Below, one piece after another: positions 39,008-48,026 of a stretch of 64,000 bases of DNA. The stretch covers positions 78,316 through 142,315 of the forward strand of contig JAACPI010000002.1 in the NCBI GenBank assembly GCA_009995545.1, written 5' to 3'. Numbering within the stretch: position 1 is the stretch's first letter; every line of letters starts with the position of its first letter. Source of the DNA: a bacterium. Its GTDB lineage: Bacteria; Patescibacteriota; WWE3; 2-01-FULL-39-13; JAACPI01. Below the pieces are notes generated by a model. That model ran no database searches. It was not told where the DNA came from and saw only the letters and a list, made by a program, of their open reading frames with translations. The translations under genes were made by a program, and so were the position numbers.

Positions 39008-39577
39008 ATGAAAAGATTTATGGGTCTTAATGAGTTACGCATAGGTCCTAATGCGGGAAGGGTAATGGAAAGTTTTTACCACTCTTTAGGGCACAGCGGA
39101 CATATGTATTCATTTCCTGTAACCCTTCCAGATGGAAGCCCTAGAACGTATGCGGAAATGGGCTTTACGTCACCTACACATAAGGATCGTTTTCTGCACG
39201 CAGTAGATATACCAGTTGATGACCCTAGAATAAAACCCCAACCTATCTTTGCGCCTCAATCAGGTAAAATAATATCTTTAAAACAAGAGGGAGTATTGTG
39301 GGGGAATGGCCCTGAATTCAATCCTTATTTAAACCACCTTACAGTTCAAGTTTCGGATGCAGAATTTTACGAGTTTTGCCATATAGGAGAGAATAGCTGC
39401 CCTTTTGGTTTGGGTGACTGGGTTTCTGAGGGACAACCTTTAGCAATGACTGGGTTAAATGGCTATATTACCGCTAATGAAGAGGGTGAGCCCGACTCTC
39501 ACGTACATATTCTTGTAGCAAAATTTGTTCAAGCACCGCAGGGTTTCGATTCAGTAAAAATACGTTGGGAAGAATAG
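39008..39577 (+). CDS. M23/LytM-like metallopeptidase domain protein without signal peptide
   Basis: 189 aa. HAVDIPVDDP (HxxxD), IFAPQSGKII (glycine-rich strand) and DSHVHILV (HxH) in canonical M23 order. N-terminus is not hydrophobic. ~43% GC. Confidence 0.5.
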   Translation: MKRFMGLNELRIGPNAGRVMESFYHSLGHSGHMYSFPVTLPDGSPRTYAEMGFTSPTHKDRFLHAVDIPVDDPRIKPQPIFAPQSGKIISLKQEGVLWGNGPEFNPYLNHLTVQVSDAEFYEFCHIGENSCPFGLGDWVSEGQPLAMTGLNGYITANEEGEPDSHVHILVAKFVQAPQGFDSVKIRWEE

Positions 39578-39595
39578 TCAGCTATAATACAACAA

Positions 39596-41338
39596 ATGCA
39601 GCAATATAAAATTAACTTAAAAGAGAATAAGAAACAAATACTGGGTATTTTAAATACTCTTAGTAAAAGCATTTATTCACCCAAAAAAATTGAAAAAATA
39701 CTTAGAATTTACCCGAGTAAAGATGGTTTGTATTCCAAAGGAGCCCTGTACAGAGCCTACATTAAGCTAAAAACTGAACTAAAATTAAATAAAGAGTCCG
39801 AGGAAAACCTATACAAAAATATTAAAATGAAAAATATTAGGTCTTCTTCGGGAGTAACCCCTGTTACAGTTTTAACTAAACCCTTTCCTTGTCCGGGTAA
39901 GTGCATTTTTTGCCCAAATGATATACGGATGCCTAAAAGCTATCTTTCGGATGAACCTGGGGCCCAAAGAGCCGAATCTAACTTATTTGACCCTTACCTA
40001 CAAACCCATAACAGAATAGCCGCGTTAAAAAATATTGGCCACCCAGTAGATAAGATTGAGTTAATAATACTTGGGGGTACTTGGTCTTCGTACCCGTTAA
40101 CTTATCAAATTTGGTTTGTAAAAGAATGTTTTAGAGCCCTTAATGAATTTGAGACATCTACCAAAGATATGATTAAGACTAATACGGAAAACCCAATTAA
40201 CTTGAAAGGGGTAAAAGAAATAGATGGAGAAAAAATGGAAAAAAGTTATAACCAAGTAATATCCCTCGCCTTAAATAGACAAAAACAACTTAAAGAACAG
40301 GCAACCTGGAAAGAGTTAGAAAATGCTCATTTAAAAAACATTACTGCAAAGCAAAAATGTGTAGGCTTAGTAATAGAAACAAGACCCGATGAAATAAATA
40401 AAGAAGAAGTTTTAAGGCTTAGAAAATTAGGAGCTACAAAAATACAAATTGGAATACAGAGTTTAAACGACAAAGTTTTAAAACTTAATAAACGTGGACA
40501 CAACTGCGCTAAAACAGCAGAGGCATTTAAACTGCTAAGGGCCGCCGGATTTAAGATACAAGGGCACTATATGCCTAACCTTTACGGAAGTACCTCGGCA
40601 AAGGATATTAGTGACTATAAAAAACTGTTTTCAAACCTGGCATTTAAACCAGATGAGTTAAAAGTTTACCCCTGCTCGTTAATTGAAAGTGCAGAGTTAA
40701 TGCACTATTACAAAAGAGGTTTATGGAAACCTTATACAGAAAAAGAGCTTTTAAAAATTTTAGTAAATACCTATAAAGACACCCCAAGATATTGCCGAAT
40801 AAATAGAATGATAAGAGATATTCCAAGTACTGATATTGTTGTGGGAAATAAAAAAACAAACTTTAGACAAATGGTTGATGAAGAAATGAAGAAAAACCAA
40901 ATTAAAGTTGTAGAAATGCGACACAGAGAAATACGAAACGAAAAAATTGAAAACCCTAAAATTAAGGTAACCACTTACAAAACTACCCACACTACCGAAA
41001 AGTTTTTAGAATTTGTAACAGATACAGATAAAATAATTGGGTTTCTAAGACTTTCGTTGCCAAAAAATCCCAAAAATAAAATAACTGCTGAACTTAATAA
41101 CTGCGCAATTATAAGGGAAGTACATGTTTACGGACAAAGCTTAGGTATCGGCAAACTCAGCAATAAAAACGCCCAACATACAGGGTTTGGTAAAAAGCTA
41201 ATTAAAAAAGCGGAAGAAATTAGTAAAAAAGAAGGCTATGAAAGATTAGCAGTGATCTCTGCAATAGGTACCAGGGAATATTACAAAAAGTTGGGGTACG
41301 AACTAGTAGAAATGTATCAGGTGAAGCCAAGGATTTGA
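39596..41338 (+). CDS. Elp3-like radical SAM + GNAT acetyltransferase (tRNA wobble-uridine modification enzyme homologue)
   Basis: 580 aa. CPGKCIFCPN is a CX3CX2C radical-SAM cluster motif in the N-terminal half. C-terminal GFGKKLIKKAEEISKKEGYERLAVISAIGTREYYKKLGYE is a GNAT motif A. Confidence 0.65.
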   Translation: MQQYKINLKENKKQILGILNTLSKSIYSPKKIEKILRIYPSKDGLYSKGALYRAYIKLKTELKLNKESEENLYKNIKMKNIRSSSGVTPVTVLTKPFPCPGKCIFCPNDIRMPKSYLSDEPGAQRAESNLFDPYLQTHNRIAALKNIGHPVDKIELIILGGTWSSYPLTYQIWFVKECFRALNEFETSTKDMIKTNTENPINLKGVKEIDGEKMEKSYNQVISLALNRQKQLKEQATWKELENAHLKNITAKQKCVGLVIETRPDEINKEEVLRLRKLGATKIQIGIQSLNDKVLKLNKRGHNCAKTAEAFKLLRAAGFKIQGHYMPNLYGSTSAKDISDYKKLFSNLAFKPDELKVYPCSLIESAELMHYYKRGLWKPYTEKELLKILVNTYKDTPRYCRINRMIRDIPSTDIVVGNKKTNFRQMVDEEMKKNQIKVVEMRHREIRNEKIENPKIKVTTYKTTHTTEKFLEFVTDTDKIIGFLRLSLPKNPKNKITAELNNCAIIREVHVYGQSLGIGKLSNKNAQHTGFGKKLIKKAEEISKKEGYERLAVISAIGTREYYKKLGYELVEMYQVKPRI

Positions 41339-41511
41339 GAACACATTAGGAATATTGAGCCAGGTTAAAACCTTTTACTAAAGCCTACTACCCGGAAACT
41401 AAAAATATACCCTAGATTTTTTAACACCCCATAGTATTGACAGGAATACCCAAATTTAGTATGCTAAAGATATGTAGCAATTCGGCTACAAATAGTAAAA
41501 GGAGTAGAAAA

Positions 41512-41802
41512 ATGGAATTCCTCGTAGCGTATTGGGGGCTTTTCCTTGGGTTGGCAGTTGTCTTTAGTGGTCTGACGATTTTTCAACAGTTGAAGACTGT
41601 GGGCAAAATGTTCAAAGGCTTTGGGGACATGGCCGAGACCTTTTCGAACTCAGATGAACCTTTCGACGACGCAGTCGAAACGTCCGTCAAGAGCTTTGGG
41701 GACATGGCCAAAAGTTTTGGCCCAGTAATGGCCTTCGGCGGCGGAGCCATGGTTTGCTTCCTGCTCTTTGCAGTCGGAGTGTTAGGAGCTATCTTCGGAT
41801 AG
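41512..41802 (+). CDS. Small two-TM protein with internal tandem FGDMA repeat, anomalously GC-rich (~50%)
   Basis: Preferred start at 41512 (aaaaggagtagaaaaATG RBS) rather than the ORF-track start 41437. 96 aa: TM1 VAYWGLFLGLAVVFSGLTIF, loop with KGFGDMAETF / KSFGDMAKSF, TM2 AMVCFLLFAVGVLGAIFG. 16-nt direct repeat ctttggggacatggcc occurs twice. Confidence 0.45.
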   Translation: MEFLVAYWGLFLGLAVVFSGLTIFQQLKTVGKMFKGFGDMAETFSNSDEPFDDAVETSVKSFGDMAKSFGPVMAFGGGAMVCFLLFAVGVLGAIFG

Positions 41803-42069
41803 TCTCACGATGGGGGAAATGGAACAGAGGAAGTGCACAAAGCACACCCTGTAAATTGGCAAAAGCCATCCGCATCGATAAAAAACCATTTCAGTAGTAC
41901 AATTTTTATTCCTCAAGACAACAAGACATTTGTCTTTATCAATTACCTTTTACATACATATATTACAATTAGAAGTTAGTAAATCCTGTTGCTAAAGCCC
42001 CTAGTGGTATGTTTTTTGATAACGCTGTAATCCCTGCTGCAAAGCAACTTACCGTAAATGGGTAGGGGT

Positions 42070-42633
42070 TTATAGGTGACTAATCTTTCTAACTTCTTCG
42101 GCATTCTTAACTCTTTCACGTAGACAGTTAAGGGTAATATCTGGCATCCCCCACTCCTTAGCTATTTTTAACTGCTCGATAAGTGCCTGCCACTCCACCT
42201 CTTGTGCGTCATACTCAGTTAAATTATCTATGAGGGGATCGTATTCGTATAAGAATAGATTTGGATTACTAATGTGGTGCATCTCCTCTATTGTCTGTAA
42301 TCTCGCAAAATCTTCTATACTCCCTATAAAATAAAGCTGACCTGCTTGATAAAGTTTGAGTAAATCACCGTCGAAATTTTTGGAATTACCAAAGATGTTA
42401 ACCCCTATAAGATTATTACAGTGAATATTATTAGGATCTTCTTCTAATACAAACATCAATTTTGGCTCCCTCAAATCGGTTATTAATTCGGTATCAGTAC
42501 ATATCCCCCATCTCTGTTTAAGTTCCTGCACGGTATCCTCAGAGGTTTGAGCAAATAATCTAAATCTACTTTCGCCCATACTTTCAGTGGTGGATTCTTT
42601 TGTTGAAATACCAGAAGCATTATTTGGAAACAT
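42070..42633 (-). CDS. Hypothetical acidic cytoplasmic protein
   Basis: 187-aa ORF, ~40% GC, no recognisable motif. Confidence 0.35.
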   Translation of the reverse strand: MFPNNASGISTKESTTESMGESRFRLFAQTSEDTVQELKQRWGICTDTELITDLREPKLMFVLEEDPNNIHCNNLIGVNIFGNSKNFDGDLLKLYQAGQLYFIGSIEDFARLQTIEEMHHISNPNLFLYEYDPLIDNLTEYDAQEVEWQALIEQLKIAKEWGMPDITLNCLRERVKNAEEVRKISHL

Positions 42634-42721
42634 TTTATGTGACGGAGATAATTAAGATAGGGGTATTATATCCCAAAGAGTGTTAATTGTAAATACTATG
42701 GGTCAGTTGGTGCGGGGTGGC

Positions 42722-43579
42722 TTATTTTTTCTTACGCCACATTTTTAAATCATAATATACATTTGCAGCTACAAATGGCGAGGAATAGGTACCTATGATT
42801 ACCCCAATAATAAGCGCTGTTGCAAACCAAAAAAGTGATCCAGAAACAAATAAAATTAAAGCGTAAAGGGCTAATACACTAGTTAAGCTATTATTTACTG
42901 ACCTAACCATAGTGGTTTCTAAAGAGTTATTTATAACTTGTTTTAAAGATAAAGTAGAAGATTTGCTACGAATCTCTTTAATTTTGTCAAAAATTACAAT
43001 GGTATCGTACAAACTAAAAGATAAAACTGTTAAAACCGCGGTAATCAAGAGTAAGTCAATTTCGGCACTAAAAAAATGTCCGAAAAAAGCAAAAAGGCCT
43101 ATCAGTATAAAGGTGTCGTGAAGCATAGCTATAATGGCAGAAGAAGCACCAATTAAATCTTTAAAAGAGTAAGTAATAAAAATAAAAATTACTACCACGG
43201 AAAACAACACAGCCAAGCCCGTTTTTAATACTAGTTCATTACCTACTGCTGGTTGAATAAACTCTACACCCTCAATAACTAAGTTTGCTGCACTGTCTTG
43301 TAAAGAATTTTTAACTAACAAAGAATCCTCCTCTGAAACTACAGAATCGATATTTATAGTAAAACTTTCGCCTGCTTTTTTTACCTCAAATTTTTCAATC
43401 CCATCGGGCATAAAATTTTCGATTTCAGAAACAGAAGAAGAGGTTAAACCCGAAATTTTAGTTCCACCTGTAAAATCTACAGACAATTTAAACCCATAAA
43501 ATACCAAGCTATATATACCAAATAGTATTAACAAAACAGACAAAATATAAGGTAAGTATCGGTATTTAATAAAATTCAT
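42722..43579 (-). CDS. secF: Protein-export membrane protein SecF
   Basis: 285 aa, 6 TM. SecF signature region and its position immediately after secD (1-nt overlap). Confidence 0.85.
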   Translation of the reverse strand: MNFIKYRYLPYILSVLLILFGIYSLVFYGFKLSVDFTGGTKISGLTSSSVSEIENFMPDGIEKFEVKKAGESFTINIDSVVSEEDSLLVKNSLQDSAANLVIEGVEFIQPAVGNELVLKTGLAVLFSVVVIFIFITYSFKDLIGASSAIIAMLHDTFILIGLFAFFGHFFSAEIDLLLITAVLTVLSFSLYDTIVIFDKIKEIRSKSSTLSLKQVINNSLETTMVRSVNNSLTSVLALYALILFVSGSLFWFATALIIGVIIGTYSSPFVAANVYYDLKMWRKKK

Positions 43580-44925
43580 TATCTAGATTTATAGAAAAAT
43601 TTGATTATATTTTTAGTAACGTAAACACCCGTAAATAAAGACACAGCAATTCCAATACCCAGGGTCACCGCAAACCCTCTAACTGGGCCAGATTGCAGTA
43701 AAAATCCCCATTCAAAAGGATTAAAAAGTATAAAAGCGATAATTAACGATACAAGGTTAGCGTCTTTTATTGACCCCCAGGCCTTATCAAACCCTCTTTC
43801 AACAGCACTGGATCCTTCATACCCTGCATTTCTTTCTTCTTTAATTCTTTCAAAAATTAAAATATTGGAGTCTACCGCCATACCTATAGATAAAATAAAT
43901 CCAGCTACCCCAGATAAAGTTAGGGTAATAGGGACCAACTTATACAAAGTTATGCTAAAAAGACCGTATAAAAGTAATGTACTAACAGAAATCAACCCAA
44001 GTTTTTTATATAAAAACAACATAAATATAGAAACAGCAGCTAAACCTATTAATCCACCTTTTATACTTTTTTGTATTACATCGTCCCCAACAGATGCTCC
44101 TATTTGAGACTCTCCCACTATATTAACTGGTACAGGAAGCGCACCAGAATTTATCTGAATTGCCAAATCTTTTGCTGCCTCACTGGTAAAGCCCCCAGTA
44201 ATATAAGCCTCACCTGTAGAAATTTGCTGATTAATAGTAGGTGCGATCACGGGAACATTGTCTATAAAGATACCTAACCTTAAACCAATATTTTTAGCTG
44301 TTAAATCAGAAAACTTTTTAGTACCCTCGCTTGTGAATATCAAATTTACACTAGGCTCGTAAACCCCCGCCTCAGACTGAAAAATTGCTGGTACTGCTTT
44401 TTTTATATCTGTGCTTTTTAAGTCTGTTTCAACAAAACCAGGGTAAGGATCCCCTTCTTTAGGAAGGCTTTCTGGATCTAATACAAAATTAGGATCTTCC
44501 ATTAAAAAAGACATTTGGGCAGTTTTACCTACTAAGGTTTTTGCTCTTTCAATATCTTCAATTCCAGGTATTTCAACAATTAACTTATACTTATTATTAA
44601 ATTTTACTGTAGTTACGTTTGGTTCATTTACCCCAAATCTATTTACCCTTGTTTCTAAAATACCCTTTAAAGATTCAAGGGAGTTGCCCATTTCTTCACT
44701 AGGTATAGAAGAAAGGTCGGGTTCTAAAATTAAGCGAACACCTCCAGAAATATCTAAACCCTTCTTTAATTCCATATCTCTATATAACCCACCAACATTT
44801 AGCGAATAACCACCAATGTACAAAACCTTATACCCAAACAAAGATTTATTAATCTCTATTTTTGGTAAATTTAAAGTAATACTAATAAGGATTAGCAGTG
44901 TGATTATTATCCAGTCTCTTTTCAT
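43579..44925 (-). CDS. secD: Protein-export membrane protein SecD
   Basis: 448 aa. N-terminal TM, large periplasmic domain, C-terminal 5-TM block GGFILSIGMAVDSNILIFERIKEE. Confidence 0.85.
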   Translation of the reverse strand: MKRDWIIITLLILISITLNLPKIEINKSLFGYKVLYIGGYSLNVGGLYRDMELKKGLDISGGVRLILEPDLSSIPSEEMGNSLESLKGILETRVNRFGVNEPNVTTVKFNNKYKLIVEIPGIEDIERAKTLVGKTAQMSFLMEDPNFVLDPESLPKEGDPYPGFVETDLKSTDIKKAVPAIFQSEAGVYEPSVNLIFTSEGTKKFSDLTAKNIGLRLGIFIDNVPVIAPTINQQISTGEAYITGGFTSEAAKDLAIQINSGALPVPVNIVGESQIGASVGDDVIQKSIKGGLIGLAAVSIFMLFLYKKLGLISVSTLLLYGLFSITLYKLVPITLTLSGVAGFILSIGMAVDSNILIFERIKEERNAGYEGSSAVERGFDKAWGSIKDANLVSLIIAFILFNPFEWGFLLQSGPVRGFAVTLGIGIAVSLFTGVYVTKNIIKFFYKSR

Positions 44926-45573
44926 TTAATTAATATAGGTTTCTTGCGAACCAAAAATTGTAGATCTAGGTTTTATTAAAAAGCTCATTAATAGATTGTC
45001 TTTTCTTTCTTTTAAGATTCTATACTCTTCTGAAGAAACAACCATATAATTAATTTCTAAATTGGTCTTTTTTTGATACTCATTAAACAAGTCTCTTAAA
45101 TTAGACATGTAGGGGCTACCTAAAAACAAAACATCTAAAGATTCTTTTTTTCTTGTAGGAGATTGTAAAAAAAACTCTAGAGATAATGTACAAAAGTTTA
45201 AATTTCCCAAACTCTTCTTTTTGGATCTTAAGAGTTTTCCTAAACCTATTTCTTTACTTATAATACTAGCTAAATCGTAATATAGACTACTATCCTTATT
45301 TAAACAGTAGTGTAGTCGATTTCCTCTAGGATCTTCGTTTAACAGCTTACCCTCAGACATTCTAATAATTTCTCGTCGAACAGCGTTTATTTCAAGTTTT
45401 GTGTCACGTGATATCTCCCTAACGAAGGGGCTATAACCCTGGGGGTGCGAATAAAAATACCTTAAAATTTTCATCCGGGCTTCTGAAGTAATTATGGTTT
45501 TAAGCATTAAGTAAGTATAACGACAGCTAACTGAAAACAAAATACTTGATTTTACTTTAGTTAGTAAAAGCAA
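44926..45573 (-). CDS. Hypothetical protein with winged-helix-like N-terminal segment (probable true start at internal MLKTIIT)
   Basis: ARMKILRYFYSHPQGYSPFVREISRDTKLEINAVRREI resembles a wHTH. Abuts secD. Confidence 0.35.
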   Translation of the reverse strand: MLLLTKVKSSILFSVSCRYTYLMLKTIITSEARMKILRYFYSHPQGYSPFVREISRDTKLEINAVRREIIRMSEGKLLNEDPRGNRLHYCLNKDSSLYYDLASIISKEIGLGKLLRSKKKSLGNLNFCTLSLEFFLQSPTRKKESLDVLFLGSPYMSNLRDLFNEYQKKTNLEINYMVVSSEEYRILKERKDNLLMSFLIKPRSTIFGSQETYIN

Positions 45574-45612
45574 GTTTTACAAATTAGTTTTTAGCAACCT
45601 TAACACTAGAAT

Positions 45613-46950
45613 TTAATTCTCGACGACTTCAGAGTAGTCTGGTAAAATTGCCACCCAAATTAAACCTCTATTAAAGTAAATAGGTTTTCCCGATAAGTCA
45701 GTAAAAAGAGTTCTAGATCTAGCAGAACTTTTAGACCATTTAGCTAATATTTTTTTACCATTTAAGTAAATTGTGGCATCACCAGAACCTATAACATCAT
45801 AAAGCATATGCGATTTAACATCGTTTAATTTTGTTTCTTTAGCTTTTTGCAAAATAACAGTCTTAACAGGAACCATTTTATTATTATTACGGTCGATAGT
45901 CTTTTGTTCTCCCTGAGTTCTTTCATACATACCTGTATCTGAAATATATTTCCAAGATGTCTGAAACCCACCCATATCCCAAAAGTTATAACTAATATTA
46001 GTAACCTCACTCGTGTAGACATTTGGATCATTGCCTTCTATAAAATTCCAAGACGTAATATCTTGTCGACTAAGCCAACTTGGTTCCGGATATACTTTTA
46101 CAAAATTTTCATAAACTGTATTTAATCTTATGAAAGCAGTGTGCTCTGTAGGTAAAGCTAAGCTGCTGTCTTTATAAAACAAAGAACTTGCAACATCACC
46201 GGGCAACGCAGTTTGGTCTAGGGTAGGAAGGCCTATCTCATCCAGGTAAGACCGAGCATCTGCCCTAGGATCACATTCTTGGCCATTTTGAGATACCAGG
46301 TATGCAAATTCTTCATCGGATAAGTTTTTCTCATACTCTGGTCGGTACGCTATTCCCCAATGTGTGGAAATAGGAAAATATTCTGCGGCCACTTGTTGAA
46401 AATACTTTCTCATTGACCTAACAGGACCAACCTTTTCTGGTAAATTAGAAGCAAAAACTGCTAAAAACCGGGTTATTCCCCCTTCCGCAACTATCTCATA
46501 AACAATATCGGCCTGCGAAAGACCTGCAGCCGGTCTGGCTAAAGTGTGATTATTGATCATCACAGTAACAGGTTTATTTTTCTGCATTCTGTTAAAAGAA
46601 GACTCACTTATGTAAGCACCGTTTAAATAATTTTTAAATTCCCCAGATTCAATATTTTCAAAACCACCGGAGTCGTTTCCTTCACCAGACTTAGAACCCT
46701 GTCCTGATGAATTTGGGTTTAGAAGATTACTACGATTAGTTTTAGCTCTATATAAGAAGGCCGTCGAAGATAAAATCCCTAAAAATATTACTGCTACAGA
46801 CCAAAGAACTATTATTTTTAAATGGGGTTTTTTGGAAAGAAAAGAAAATCTCTTTTTATAGAAAGGGAGGGCACCGTTATTAGAAGAACTATTAAGTAGA
46901 GAATTTATGGGCGTTAAATTATCATTTTGCATTAAAACCATTATAGACAC
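45613..46950 (-). CDS. DUF3048-domain extracytoplasmic protein (YerB-like), N-terminal TM anchor
   Basis: 445 aa. PVTVMINNHTLARPAAGLSQADIVYEIVAEGGITRFLAVF matches the DUF3048 N-domain signature. Confidence 0.6.
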   Translation of the reverse strand: MSIMVLMQNDNLTPINSLLNSSSNNGALPFYKKRFSFLSKKPHLKIIVLWSVAVIFLGILSSTAFLYRAKTNRSNLLNPNSSGQGSKSGEGNDSGGFENIESGEFKNYLNGAYISESSFNRMQKNKPVTVMINNHTLARPAAGLSQADIVYEIVAEGGITRFLAVFASNLPEKVGPVRSMRKYFQQVAAEYFPISTHWGIAYRPEYEKNLSDEEFAYLVSQNGQECDPRADARSYLDEIGLPTLDQTALPGDVASSLFYKDSSLALPTEHTAFIRLNTVYENFVKVYPEPSWLSRQDITSWNFIEGNDPNVYTSEVTNISYNFWDMGGFQTSWKYISDTGMYERTQGEQKTIDRNNNKMVPVKTVILQKAKETKLNDVKSHMLYDVIGSGDATIYLNGKKILAKWSKSSARSRTLFTDLSGKPIYFNRGLIWVAILPDYSEVVEN

Positions 46951-47123
46951 ATTGAAACAAAGAGACCACTAATTATTAAATAATTTTTGTGCGATAATTG
47001 TTTATATAAAAATAATGAATTTGAAAAAAATGGAAAAAACAACCAAAAACGAAATGCTAAAAGATCTAAGTCAAACGGGGTGGGCCTTTTTTATAATAGT
47101 TGTGGCGGTATCTTTAGTTTTTC

Positions 47124-48026
47124 TTATTGTTTCTTGAAATCCCTATAAAAATCCCCAGACACTTTGCTTAAATCAACGTATTGATCGTTATATTTAACCT
47201 TAACATCCTGCAAAGGATCTATATAAACCTTTAATTGGTCCCCTTTAAACTCCTGTTCTAATGGGCCCACCAAAAACCCCCTGAATAAAGTTTTTGATAA
47301 ATCTTTTACCTCTAAAAAAACGGAACTTTCTTGAGAATTTAAAGAGATAATTAATATGTTGGGACCGGACCCAAAATTTTCTGGATTCTGTTTTTTGCTT
47401 TCAACTGTGAGGGACTTTGTAACCGAAAGATTTGAAGGGTTTACAGCTTTAACAAGTATAGTATTTAAACCTTCGTGTAGGTATATATTTTCAGAAAACT
47501 CCCCCGAAGAATCTACGTTAAGCACTCTACTATTAAACCAAACCTCAGAATTTTTAGAGGCTTTCCCTTTTAACAAAATTTGAGATTGTTCTAGTATTTC
47601 ACCATCAGATGGAGAAAATATTTCTAAAGTGGGTGGGGAATTGTAAATGGAATTTTGAGTAAAACCCAAATATATAAAAAGGCTAACTATCAAGATAGAA
47701 AAAAATAAAACAAAGACCTGTGGAGTAAAAACGAATTTATTTGAAATACTTATCGAGGGTGGGGTCGATTTTACAACCACATTAAAGTCTCTTCTCCAGA
47801 AGGCAACTACTTTAGGGGTATCTAAGCCCAAAAAATCAGCGTATTTTTGCAGAAATCCCCTTGCTATGGCTTTACTATCAAAAATATCCTGGCTATTTTC
47901 TTCTAGGGCTTCTAGATATTTGGGCTGAATTCTAAGCTTTTTTGAGACAGTATCTATACTAAAACCCATCCGGGTTCGCTTTTCTTTTAAAATTTCACCC
48001 GCATTCTTCATTGGAGTGTGGATCAC
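47124..48026 (-). CDS. RodZ-like cytoskeletal protein (XRE-type HTH + TM + extracytoplasmic domain)
   Basis: 300 aa. N-terminal HTH AGEILKEKRTRMGFSIDTVSKKLRIQPKYLEALE, then TM VFVLFFSILIVSLFIYL. 4-nt overlap with ftsK. Confidence 0.55.
   Translation of the reverse strand: MIHTPMKNAGEILKEKRTRMGFSIDTVSKKLRIQPKYLEALEENSQDIFDSKAIARGFLQKYADFLGLDTPKVVAFWRRDFNVVVKSTPPSISISNKFVFTPQVFVLFFSILIVSLFIYLGFTQNSIYNSPPTLEIFSPSDGEILEQSQILLKGKASKNSEVWFNSRVLNVDSSGEFSENIYLHEGLNTILVKAVNPSNLSVTKSLTVESKKQNPENFGSGPNILIISLNSQESSVFLEVKDLSKTLFRGFLVGPLEQEFKGDQLKVYIDPLQDVKVKYNDQYVDLSKVSGDFYRDFKKQ

Noticed and set aside
40644-40990. Three overlapping minus-strand ORFs (71, 76, 67 aa) inside the Elp3-like gene
   Set aside because: They are shadow frames of a K/E-rich (AAA/GAA-rich) coding segment. 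The plus frame carries the GNAT domain continuity.
41803-42069. 267-nt spacer after the high-GC mini-gene with the short hairpin aagac-attt-gtctt
   Set aside because: The stem is only 5 bp with no following T-run. There is no convincing terminator or tRNA structure, so it is left unannotated.
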